DNA of 19,027 nucleotides from Chitinophagaceae bacterium (GTDB lineage: Bacteria > Bacteroidota > Bacteroidia > Chitinophagales > Chitinophagaceae), in NCBI GenBank assembly GCA_036277695.1, contig DASUMO010000142.1:1-19027 (forward strand). Direction: 5' to 3'. Below, piece by piece: positions 1 through 6,784 of this stretch. The notes beneath the pieces are model-generated. The model searched no databases. It was not told where the DNA came from and saw nothing but the letters and a program-made list of their open reading frames with translations. Every line of letters starts with the position of its first letter. Position 1 is the first letter of the stretch. The position numbers and the translations under genes are program-made.

Positions 1-358
1 CTTGCAGGGGAATTACATTTCCACTGGCTGCCACAAAGGGTGTGCCCCAGGGAATAACCGTGCTGGTGATCAAAGCGGTGATCATGGCCAGCGCCGGGCC
101 CAGGATAAACAAAAACTTATTGGAGGCCAGCGGAATGATCTCTTCCTTAAAAAATAATTTACCGCCATCGGCCAGGGGCTGGAATATTCCAAAAGGACCC
201 GCGCGGTTGGGTCCGCGTCGGTCCTGTAACCAGGCTGCCACTTTTCTTTCGGCGTAAGTGGTGTACATGGCAATAAAGAAAGACAAGCCGACAATAACAG
301 CGACCAGGATCGACTTTTCAATGATCAGCCACCAATCTATTACCAGTAAATGAATCAT
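1..358 (-). CDS. nuoH: NADH-quinone oxidoreductase subunit H, 5' part only (gene runs off the left window edge)
   Basis: Absent from the ORF track because there is no stop in the window. My reverse-strand translation from the ATG at comp(356-358) gives MIHLLVIDWWLIIEKSILVAVIVGLSFFIAMYTTYAERKVAAWLQDRRGPNRAGPFGIFQPLADGGKLFFKEEIIPLASNKFLFILGPALAMITAL..., open to base 2. The YAERK..RRGPNR.G..G..QP.AD..K.F.KE pattern is the conserved NuoH/ND1 N-terminus. It starts 47 nt after the nuoG stop on the same strand. Confidence 0.9.
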   Translation of the reverse strand, partial: MIHLLVIDWWLIIEKSILVAVIVGLSFFIAMYTTYAERKVAAWLQDRRGPNRAGPFGIFQPLADGGKLFFKEEIIPLASNKFLFILGPALAMITALITSTVIPWGTPFVAASGNVIPLQ

Positions 359-405
359 CTCTTTTAATTATTTGGTATATGCCGTTTTACTTTATGTGTT
401 AACGA

Positions 406-1503
406 TTAACCGGCCTTCTCCTCTCCATTCTGCTGTTCAAAAGTCCTGCTTGTTGCCGGTCCCGGGAGTTCACTCAGTTCGATTTTGTTCACGTCACTGA
501 CGCTATGAATGTCCATGATGAGTTTGGGTGGTCTACCTCCCATTACTTCGGGCAACATTTCATGCGGCTTTTTCAATCCTTCATAATGTCCCTGCGATAT
601 CACGGAATGACGGTTTACTTTCGTAGGTCCTTCAATCGTCCAGTCATTCATATCCTTTCTTTCAAAACGGCAGGTATTGCAGATCCAGTCCTCCACTTCG
701 CCCCATTGGTCCTTGCGCGCAGTTACTCTCAGCACCTCATCACCCCGCATCCACAACCTCACTTTCCCGCTGCATTTATCGCAGTTACAATGGGCTTCAA
801 CAGGCTTGGTAAACCAGACCCTGTTCTTGAACCGGAATGTCCGGTCTGTCAGCGCACCGACGGGGCAAACATCGATGACATTGCCGATAAAATCATTATC
901 GAGGCTTTTTTCAATATAGGTTGCAATTTCTGAGTGATCGCCGCGATCCAGAATGCCATGAACCCTTTTATTGGTTACCTGGTCAGCAACAAATACACAA
1001 CGGTAACAAAGAATACAGCGGGTCATGTGCAGCTGGATATAAGGACCCAGGTCATGTTTGTCAAATGTTCTTCTTTTGAATTCGTAACGGGTACCTTCCT
1101 CGCCATGGTTATAACTCAGGTCCTGTAAATCGCATTCGCCGGCCTGGTCACAGATCGGGCAATCCAGCGGGTGATTGATCAGCAGGAATTCAACCACCCC
1201 ATTTCTTGCTTCGATCACTCGTTCACTGGTGATATTTTTTACAACCATCCCATCCATTACATTGGTTCGGCAGGAAGCCACCAGCTTGGGCATGGGACGG
1301 GGATCGGCGGTGGAACCGGCAGCTACTTCAACCAGGCAGGTGCGGCATTTGCCACCACTCCCTTTTAGTTTCGTATAATAACACATGGCTGGCGGCGCCA
1401 CCTCTCCACCTATCATCCTTGCAGCATGGAGAATACTGGTACCCGGCTCCACTTCGATGGTGATATTATCAATTGTAACTTTTAATAGTTTTTTTTCAGA
1501 CAT
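406..1503 (-). CDS. nuoG: NADH-quinone oxidoreductase subunit G, short 365-aa form (Fe-S subunit without the large molybdopterin-like domain)
   Basis: ATG at comp(1501-1503). It has an N-terminal 2Fe-2S ferredoxin-like Cys pattern (CYY...CRTCLVEV...SCRT). It also has HPLDCPICDQAGEC (His/Cys 4Fe-4S motif) and CILCYRC...CPVGAL (4Fe-4S). Position between nuoF and nuoH fits. Confidence 0.9.
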   Translation of the reverse strand: MSEKKLLKVTIDNITIEVEPGTSILHAARMIGGEVAPPAMCYYTKLKGSGGKCRTCLVEVAAGSTADPRPMPKLVASCRTNVMDGMVVKNITSERVIEARNGVVEFLLINHPLDCPICDQAGECDLQDLSYNHGEEGTRYEFKRRTFDKHDLGPYIQLHMTRCILCYRCVFVADQVTNKRVHGILDRGDHSEIATYIEKSLDNDFIGNVIDVCPVGALTDRTFRFKNRVWFTKPVEAHCNCDKCSGKVRLWMRGDEVLRVTARKDQWGEVEDWICNTCRFERKDMNDWTIEGPTKVNRHSVISQGHYEGLKKPHEMLPEVMGGRPPKLIMDIHSVSDVNKIELSELPGPATSRTFEQQNGEEKAG

Positions 1504-1546
1504 ATGTTGACTTCTAAACGGGTCTTCTCTTCAAACTGACGCATGG

Positions 1547-1587
1547 GACGCAAAGCACGCCATGAAGCGCAAAGTTCGCTGAGTTTT
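1547..1587. repeat. Left arm of the imperfect inverted repeat flanking the GxxExxY ORF
   Basis: gacgcaaagcacgccatgaagcgcaaagttcgctgagtttt is reverse-complementary to 2011-2052 at 29 of 41 positions with one 1-nt bulge (hand alignment). The arm contains two CGCAAAG-NN-CGC modules, starting at 1549 and 1568. It abuts the ORF stop codon at 1586-1588. Confidence 0.65.
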
Positions 1588-1963
1588 ATAAGTTATTTGC
1601 TACTCTTTTTATTCCACTTTTTAACAGGGTTACATTAAAATTTATTAATAATCCCAGCCTGCAATTACAGAATTTTAAGTAGGTAAGTAATTGAGCAATA
1701 TGTATATCACCGATTGCATCAATAGATTTTACTTCTACGATAATTTTATTCTCAACAATAATATCTGCCCTATAACCACATTCCATCCTCACTTCCTCAA
1801 AAACAACAGGTATCGGTTGTTCTTTTTTCACTGACAAACCCAATTTCCAGAGCCGGTAATACAGACACTGCACATATACATTTTCCAATAAACCGGGCCC
1901 CATGGTTTTATGAATATGAATGGCCTCGCCGATTACAATCCTTGATAATTCATTTTCTGTCAC
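1586..1963 (-). CDS. GxxExxY-family protein (PD-(D/E)XK nuclease-like fold, PDDEXK_3-type)
   Basis: 125 aa. The start codon is GTG at comp(1961-1963), with no in-frame ATG nearby. GLLENVY matches G-x-x-E-x-x-Y, and ADIIVENKIIVEVKS matches a D...E-x-K nuclease-type motif. The C-terminus LLINFN is typical of the family as I remember it. The ORF is clearly more AT-rich than the flanking nuo genes. Confidence 0.8.
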   Translation of the reverse strand: MTENELSRIVIGEAIHIHKTMGPGLLENVYVQCLYYRLWKLGLSVKKEQPIPVVFEEVRMECGYRADIIVENKIIVEVKSIDAIGDIHIAQLLTYLKFCNCRLGLLINFNVTLLKSGIKRVANNL

Positions 1964-2010
1964 AGAACTAAATAGCAGGAACCGAATGAGTCTACATGGT
2001 GTTTTTTCTC

Positions 2011-2052
2011 AAATCTCAGCGTTCTGTGCGGCAACCCTGCGACCTTGGCGTC
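2011..2052. repeat. Right arm of the imperfect inverted repeat flanking the GxxExxY ORF
   Basis: aaatctcagcgttctgtgcggcaaccctgcgaccttggcgtc is the reverse-complement partner of 1547-1587. It lies 15 nt downstream of the nuoF stop and 48 nt upstream of the GxxExxY GTG. Confidence 0.65.
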
Positions 2053-2066
2053 CAATAAATGCGCAA

Positions 2067-3425
2067 CTAAGTAGCAGCTGCTAACTGAATCGGGTCCGCA
2101 TAATGCATCAAACCGTAATTCCGGCGCTGGCTTTCTTCCGGGAACTGCACATGCCATTCAAACTCGTCGCGGAAATGCCGGATGGCGGCGGCTACGGGCC
2201 AGGCTGCCGCATCTCCCAACGGGCAAATGGTATTGCCTTCAATTTTTCGTTGTATATCCCATAACAAATCGATATCGCTCATTTTTCCTTTTCCTTTCTC
2301 AATATTCAACAGGATCTTTTCCATCCAGCCCGTGCCCTCGCGGCAGGGCGAACATTGGCCGCAGCTTTCATGCCGGTAGAACCGGGCCAGGGTATAGGTA
2401 TGCTTTACGACACATTGCGTATCATCCAATACAATAAAACCACCCGAACCCATCATGGAACCGCTGGCAAACCCTCCATCCGCCAAACTCTCATAAGTCA
2501 TCATTCTTTTTTCTCCCTTGGCCGTTTTCAATGTAAGGTTGGCGGGAAGAATGGGTACAGAGGAACCACCCGGTATACAAGCTTTCAGTTTTCGCCCATT
2601 GGCAATGCCTCCGCAGTATTCATCACTGTAAATAAATTCTTCAACGCTGATGGCCATGTCGATTTCATACACTCCCTGCTTGCGGACATTCCCGCATGCA
2701 GAAATCAGTTTCGTACCGGTGGATTTACCGATCCCGATCTTCGCATATTCTTCACCTCCGTCATTGATGATGGGAACCACCGCAGCAATCGTTTCAACAT
2801 TGTTTACTACGGTTGGACAATCCCATAAACCTTTTACTGCCGGGAATGGAGGTTTAATACGGGGATTGCCGCGTTTCCCTTCTAATGATTCCAGCAAAGC
2901 GGTTTCTTCACCACAGATATAAGCGCCGGCTCCACGCTGTATATAAATTTCACAATCGAAACCAGTGCCCAGTATGTTTTTACCCAGCCAGCCATTATTC
3001 TTTGCTTCTGTTATCGCCTGCTCCAGGATCGCAACGATCCAGGCATATTCACCGCGGATATAGATATAAGAACGGCTGGATCCCAGGGCGAATGATGAAA
3101 CGATCATACCCTCAATCAGCAAATGAGGGATAAATTCCATGAGGTAACGGTCTTTGAAAGTCCCGGGTTCGGATTCATCGGCATTCACAACCAGGTAGCG
3201 GGGTACACTTTCTGGTTTTGCCAGGAAGCTCCATTTCATACCCGTGGGAAAACCCGCACCACCCCTTCCGCGCAACCCACTTTTCTTTACTTCCTCGGTA
3301 ATTGCATCAGGGCTCATCGATTTCAATGCCTTCTCCACGCTGCGGTACCCGCCTTCGCGCCGGTAAACATCGTAGTAACGAATTCCTTCGATATGAGTTT
3401 TTTCCAATAATAATTTTCTTCCCAT
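2067..3425 (-). CDS. nuoF: NADH-quinone oxidoreductase subunit F (NADH/FMN-binding)
   Basis: GLRGRGGAGFPTGMKW is the FMN/NADH glycine-rich site, and ESCGQCSPCREG is the N3 4Fe-4S motif. The start was chosen at the ATG at comp(3423-3425), giving MGRKLLLEK.... The track's upstream ATG at 3449 would add 8 residues (MQIDKCYT) and cannot be excluded. Confidence 0.9.
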   Translation of the reverse strand: MGRKLLLEKTHIEGIRYYDVYRREGGYRSVEKALKSMSPDAITEEVKKSGLRGRGGAGFPTGMKWSFLAKPESVPRYLVVNADESEPGTFKDRYLMEFIPHLLIEGMIVSSFALGSSRSYIYIRGEYAWIVAILEQAITEAKNNGWLGKNILGTGFDCEIYIQRGAGAYICGEETALLESLEGKRGNPRIKPPFPAVKGLWDCPTVVNNVETIAAVVPIINDGGEEYAKIGIGKSTGTKLISACGNVRKQGVYEIDMAISVEEFIYSDEYCGGIANGRKLKACIPGGSSVPILPANLTLKTAKGEKRMMTYESLADGGFASGSMMGSGGFIVLDDTQCVVKHTYTLARFYRHESCGQCSPCREGTGWMEKILLNIEKGKGKMSDIDLLWDIQRKIEGNTICPLGDAAAWPVAAAIRHFRDEFEWHVQFPEESQRRNYGLMHYADPIQLAAAT

Positions 3426-3483
3426 CGTGTAGCATTTATCTATCTGCATTGCCGGTCAGTATTATGGCCGGCCCGGAAAATAG

Positions 3484-3723
3484 TTATGTATTCTTTTTTT
3501 CCAGCTCTTCCCTTGTGGTCCTGTTATCAAACCAACGGGGAAAAAATCGTTGTCCGAGCCGGAACAAAACCGCTGCAAACAGCATCCCGAAAATAATATA
3601 CCTCAATAAAGCCGCTTCCTCCAACCTGTTATTGCTGGCCAGCCACCACCTCAGCAATACCAGCAGGATGGCTGCACCCAGGAGAACATAATAGATAAGG
3701 TTGGCGATCCGTTTATTCATCAT
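3484..3723 (-). CDS. Small membrane protein, 79 aa, two predicted TM helices, unknown function
   Basis: Two hydrophobic spans (IANLIYYVLLGAAILLVLLRWWL and YIIFGMLFAAVLFRLG) are followed by a charged C-tail. Its ATG overlaps the stop of the upstream ORF in an ATGA arrangement at 3720-3723, suggesting translational coupling. It lies inside the nuo operon on the same strand. Confidence 0.6.
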   Translation of the reverse strand: MMNKRIANLIYYVLLGAAILLVLLRWWLASNNRLEEAALLRYIIFGMLFAAVLFRLGQRFFPRWFDNRTTREELEKKNT

Positions 3724-4145
3724 GGTAATTTAATACTCTGCCGGGCATACAGTAACCAGGCTCTTTTAACCCTGATCCAAACCTGCATGACCTGCAAGGA
3801 AAGTGAAAATTCATTTCCATTTACTTTTCCGGCCGCCCGGGTATTGGTTTGCACCGTAGCCCATTTTTTATCAATTGCCCTGATCATCTGCCCACTATGC
3901 TCGATCTTCCCGTAAACCATTTTCCCGCTGCCACCATCCTTTATCAATTCCTGTTTGCTTTGCACCCATCCATTCGAATGACCATAGCTCAGATCCTTAT
4001 GTAACAACGATTGGAGTGATGAGGCATCATTCTGCAACAAAGCCCTGTCCAATTGATCCATCGCCCGTTTTAAACCCAGGCTATCCACCTGTGCCGGCGC
4101 CGGCAAGCAAGTAAAGAACAACCCTATGAAAAACAACCAACGCAT
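3720..4145 (-). CDS. Exported NTF2-like (SnoaL/DUF4440-like) protein, 141 aa
   Basis: Start chosen at the ATG at comp(4143-4145), giving MRWLFFIGLFFTCLPAPAQ, a signal peptide with AxA/AQ-type cleavage. This ATG lies 1 nt after the nuoE TAG (4147-4149). The track's 4187 start would overlap nuoE by 41 nt. The body (LDRALLQNDASSLQSLLHKDLSYGHSNGW...VMQVWIRVKRAWLLYARQSIKL) fits my memory of the DUF4440/SnoaL-like pattern. Confidence 0.65.
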   Translation of the reverse strand: MRWLFFIGLFFTCLPAPAQVDSLGLKRAMDQLDRALLQNDASSLQSLLHKDLSYGHSNGWVQSKQELIKDGGSGKMVYGKIEHSGQMIRAIDKKWATVQTNTRAAGKVNGNEFSLSLQVMQVWIRVKRAWLLYARQSIKLP

Positions 4146-4146
4146 A

Positions 4147-4653
4147 CTAATTGCTGGACTGCAGCATATTTTTATGCCGGCATTCATCTATAATTTGATC
4201 CACTTTTTGTTTGGTCAGGTGCTCCCGGTAATTTTCGCCCAACTGCATCATAGGTGCATAACCACAGGCCCCCAGGCATTCCACTGTTTTCAGCGTAAAT
4301 AACCCGTCATCCGTAGTTTGCCCGGGCCTTATGCCCAGTTTCTGGTAAATATATTCAATGATATCGTCGCTGCCATTCAGCATACAGGGACCGGTTTGAC
4401 AAACCTCGAACAAGTATTTGCCCACCGGTTTCAAATTATACATGCTGTAAAAAGTTGCAACCTCATATACTTCGATTGGCTGCAACTGGAGCAGTGAGGC
4501 CACATAGTCCATGGCTTCCACACTTAGCCAGCCACCAAATTCCTGCTGTGCCAGGTGAAGAACCGGTATTATTGCACTTTTCTGTTTTCCCGGCGGGTAA
4601 AACGCAATAATCCTTTCAACTTCTTTTAATTTCTCCTCGGGGAATGATATCAT
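4147..4653 (-). CDS. nuoE: NADH-quinone oxidoreductase subunit E (2Fe-2S, thioredoxin-like)
   Basis: CQTGPCMLNG and ECLGACGYAP give the C-x4-C...C-x3-C 2Fe-2S pattern. ATG at comp(4651-4653). Position between nuoD and nuoF fits. Confidence 0.9.
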   Translation of the reverse strand: MISFPEEKLKEVERIIAFYPPGKQKSAIIPVLHLAQQEFGGWLSVEAMDYVASLLQLQPIEVYEVATFYSMYNLKPVGKYLFEVCQTGPCMLNGSDDIIEYIYQKLGIRPGQTTDDGLFTLKTVECLGACGYAPMMQLGENYREHLTKQKVDQIIDECRHKNMLQSSN

Positions 4654-4701
4654 AACACTTATTCTTTAAGCAGTCTGCTGCTATCGGTTCTATATTCCGG
4701 G

Positions 4702-5925
4702 TCAACCATCCATTTCACCGGCAATCAGGTTCAGGCTGCTCATGGTAATAATGGCATCACTGAGCATAGATCCCTTTGTCAATTCTTCAAAAGCCTGGTA
4801 ATAGATAAAACAGGGCCGGCGGAAATGCAGGCGATACGGTGTGCGGCCGCCATCACTGATCAGGTAAAAACCCAATTCCCCGTTCCCGCCTTCTACTGAC
4901 TGGTAAACTTCACCCACCGGCATATCAATTTCACCCATGATGATCTTAAAGTGCCAGATCAGGGCTTCCATTTTCGTGTACACATCTTCTTTTGGCGGTA
5001 AATAATATTCCGGAACGTCTGCATGATAAACCTCCGCTTCCGCGCCTTTGAACTCCTGGACTTTTCGGTAGGCCTGTTCAATGATGCCCAGGCTTTGCCA
5101 CATTTCCTGGCTGCGTACCAGCCAACGATCATAATTATCACCGGTTGTTCCAACCGGAATATTGAAGTCAAAATCCTCGTAACTGGAATAGGGTGAATGC
5201 ACTCTTACATCATAGTCAACACCCGTTGCTCTCAGGTTAGGACCTGTAAAGCCATAGTTCAATGCGCGGTCGGCACTAATGGCGCCGGTGCCCATCGTTC
5301 TTTCCATAAAGATCCGGTTGCGCTGAAAAAGGTTTTCAAATTCCTTCAGCACCCTGGGATATTCTTCGAGGAATTTTTCCAGTTTTTGAAATGCGATATC
5401 GTTGAAATTTCTTTCAAACCCCCCGATCCGCCCGATATTGGTGGTGAGGCGGGATCCGCAAACCTCTTCATAGATTTCGTAAATCAGTTCGCGGTATTGC
5501 ATAACATAGAGGAATCCTGTATAAGCCCCGGCATCCACCCCAACAATGGAATTACAAATCAGGTGATCCGATATCCTGGCCAGTTCCATGATAATGACCC
5601 GCAGGTAATCGACACGTTTGGGGGTTTTTACTCCCAGCAATTTTTCGCAGGTCAGGTGCCAGCCCATATTATTGATGGGAGAAGAGCAGTAGTTTAAGCG
5701 ATCGGTGAGTGGAGTAATCTGGTAAAGGGGGCGGCGCTCTGCTATTTTTTCAAAAGCGCGGTGAATATAGCCCACGGTTTGCTCCGCTGAGACAATCCGC
5801 TCGCCATCCAGTTCCAGGATATTCTGGAACACCCCATGGGTTGCCGGGTGTGTGGGCCCCAGGTTTAGGGTGGTTGTGGTTTTTTCAATGCTACCCTCGG
5901 GTAGCTTTATATGTTGTTCTGACAT
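4702..5925 (-). CDS. nuoD: NADH-quinone oxidoreductase subunit D (49-kDa subunit)
   Basis: 407 aa. It has LNLGPTHPATHGV near the N-terminus, RIGGF, and the C-terminal SLNLIAGEMDG typical of NuoD/Nqo4. Confidence 0.95.
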   Translation of the reverse strand: MSEQHIKLPEGSIEKTTTTLNLGPTHPATHGVFQNILELDGERIVSAEQTVGYIHRAFEKIAERRPLYQITPLTDRLNYCSSPINNMGWHLTCEKLLGVKTPKRVDYLRVIIMELARISDHLICNSIVGVDAGAYTGFLYVMQYRELIYEIYEEVCGSRLTTNIGRIGGFERNFNDIAFQKLEKFLEEYPRVLKEFENLFQRNRIFMERTMGTGAISADRALNYGFTGPNLRATGVDYDVRVHSPYSSYEDFDFNIPVGTTGDNYDRWLVRSQEMWQSLGIIEQAYRKVQEFKGAEAEVYHADVPEYYLPPKEDVYTKMEALIWHFKIIMGEIDMPVGEVYQSVEGGNGELGFYLISDGGRTPYRLHFRRPCFIYYQAFEELTKGSMLSDAIITMSSLNLIAGEMDG

Positions 5926-5939
5926 GGTTTGATAAAACT

Positions 5940-6170
5940 TTATTGAACCTGGCTTTGTCTCTCTTCCGCTTTTTTCCTTCTACCCTGATCCCATAGGTTA
6001 CCAGCCATAATCAACGCCAGGATCCCATGGACAATAGCACTAGCCAGGTCCCAATTTTTCCCTTCCGGTGATACATAATCAATAGCATTGATTATGGAAC
6101 TACCGGTAAAAGCAACAAGCATAAGAATATAAATTGTGCGCCTGTTTTTCCGGGTCCACTTTGAAAACAT
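5940..6170 (-). CDS. Small membrane protein, 76 aa, two predicted TM helices, unknown function
   Basis: Start chosen at the ATG at comp(6168-6170), giving MFSKWTRKNRR.... The track start at 6194 is a TTG that overlaps the nuoC stop. It has two hydrophobic spans (TIYILMLVAFTGSSIINAI and LASAIVHGILALIMAGNLW), a basic N-terminus and a charged C-tail. It starts 20 nt after the nuoC stop and ends 14 nt before the nuoD ATG. Confidence 0.55.
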   Translation of the reverse strand: MFSKWTRKNRRTIYILMLVAFTGSSIINAIDYVSPEGKNWDLASAIVHGILALIMAGNLWDQGRRKKAEERQSQVQ

Positions 6171-6190
6171 ATTTGCTGATTTATAAAAAA

Positions 6191-6784
6191 TCAAATAATA
6201 GTTCTTCCTTCCTCACCCGGTTTATCTGCCTCTGCTATTGTTGCCTGTCCATGATCTGTTCTTTCATTTCCAAAACCCAGGGTCCCGCCCCGTCCAAACA
6301 TCTCGTCATCCTTGTCAATACGGGTCTGGTCTTCCAGCGGAAATTCTTTGCGCATGGGGAAATAGTCCATTTCCTCCACGTTCAAAATCCGCTTCAGGTT
6401 GGGATGGCCAACAAAGTTTACCCCGTAAAAGTCATAGGTTTCCCTTTCCATCCAGTTGGCTGCGGAAAAAAGCCCGGAGGCTGTATAAATATCCGGCTGC
6501 TCAATAGCTGTAAACACTTTAAAGCGGATGCGGATATTATCCTGCAGGTTATGCAGGTGATACACCACCGCCAGTTCTTTTCCTTTGTTATCGGGATAAT
6601 GCACCGCGCAGAGATCGGTCAGAAACCTGAACTTCAGCTCTTCGTCATCGTACAAAAAATTCAGCACTTTCAGGTTTAGATCCCTGGGCGCCTGGAAACC
6701 CAGCATGCCATACTGCTCTTCAAAACCGTAAACCTGGTCACCGAATTTTTCAATCAGTCGTTCTTTGATGCGTTCGTTAGTCAT
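6191..6784 (-). CDS. nuoC: NADH-quinone oxidoreductase subunit C (30-kDa subunit)
   Basis: NWMERETYDFYGVNFVGHPNLKRIL is the conserved NuoC core. It is a separate gene, not fused to nuoD. The ~35-aa C-terminal tail is Gly/charge-rich. Confidence 0.9.
   Translation of the reverse strand: MTNERIKERLIEKFGDQVYGFEEQYGMLGFQAPRDLNLKVLNFLYDDEELKFRFLTDLCAVHYPDNKGKELAVVYHLHNLQDNIRIRFKVFTAIEQPDIYTASGLFSAANWMERETYDFYGVNFVGHPNLKRILNVEEMDYFPMRKEFPLEDQTRIDKDDEMFGRGGTLGFGNERTDHGQATIAEADKPGEEGRTII

Larger units (their letters stand above)
1547..2052 (-). mobile_element. Candidate inverted-repeat-bounded single-ORF cassette (GxxExxY) inserted in the nuoF-nuoG spacer
   Basis: A ~506-bp unit bounded by the two arms above. 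It is AT-rich relative to its surroundings. It carries no transposase, and no target-site duplication could be established by eye. Mobility is inferred, not shown. Confidence 0.35.

Noticed and set aside
42-321. Track ORFs 42..257 (+) and 82..321 (-)
   Set aside because: Both are out of frame with, or antisense to, the clearly NuoH-like reading frame that is open across 2-358 on the minus strand. Their sequences are low-complexity with no recognisable motifs.
505-1378. Plus-strand ORFs inside nuoG (505..933, 677..919, 934..1128, 1171..1368, 1175..1378)
   Set aside because: These are antisense shadow ORFs of a well-supported Fe-S subunit gene. They have no motifs, and they overlap one another in different frames.
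1960-2157. 65-aa minus-strand ORF spanning the nuoF 3' end and the right repeat arm
   Set aside because: It overlaps the nuoF coding end out of frame and runs through the repeat arm. It is most simply an artefact of the repeat sequence.
3450-3473. Hairpin gccgg-(12 nt)-ccggc between the 79-aa ORF stop and the nuoF start
   Set aside because: The stem is only 5 bp with no T-run on the operon strand, and GGCCGGCC is self-palindromic. This is too weak to call an attenuator or terminator.
2182-3691. Plus-strand ORFs antisense to nuoF and the 79-aa gene (2182..2379 through 3302..3691)
   Set aside because: These are shadow ORFs opposite a strongly supported gene. Their composition is Arg/Ser/Pro-rich, typical of antisense frames.
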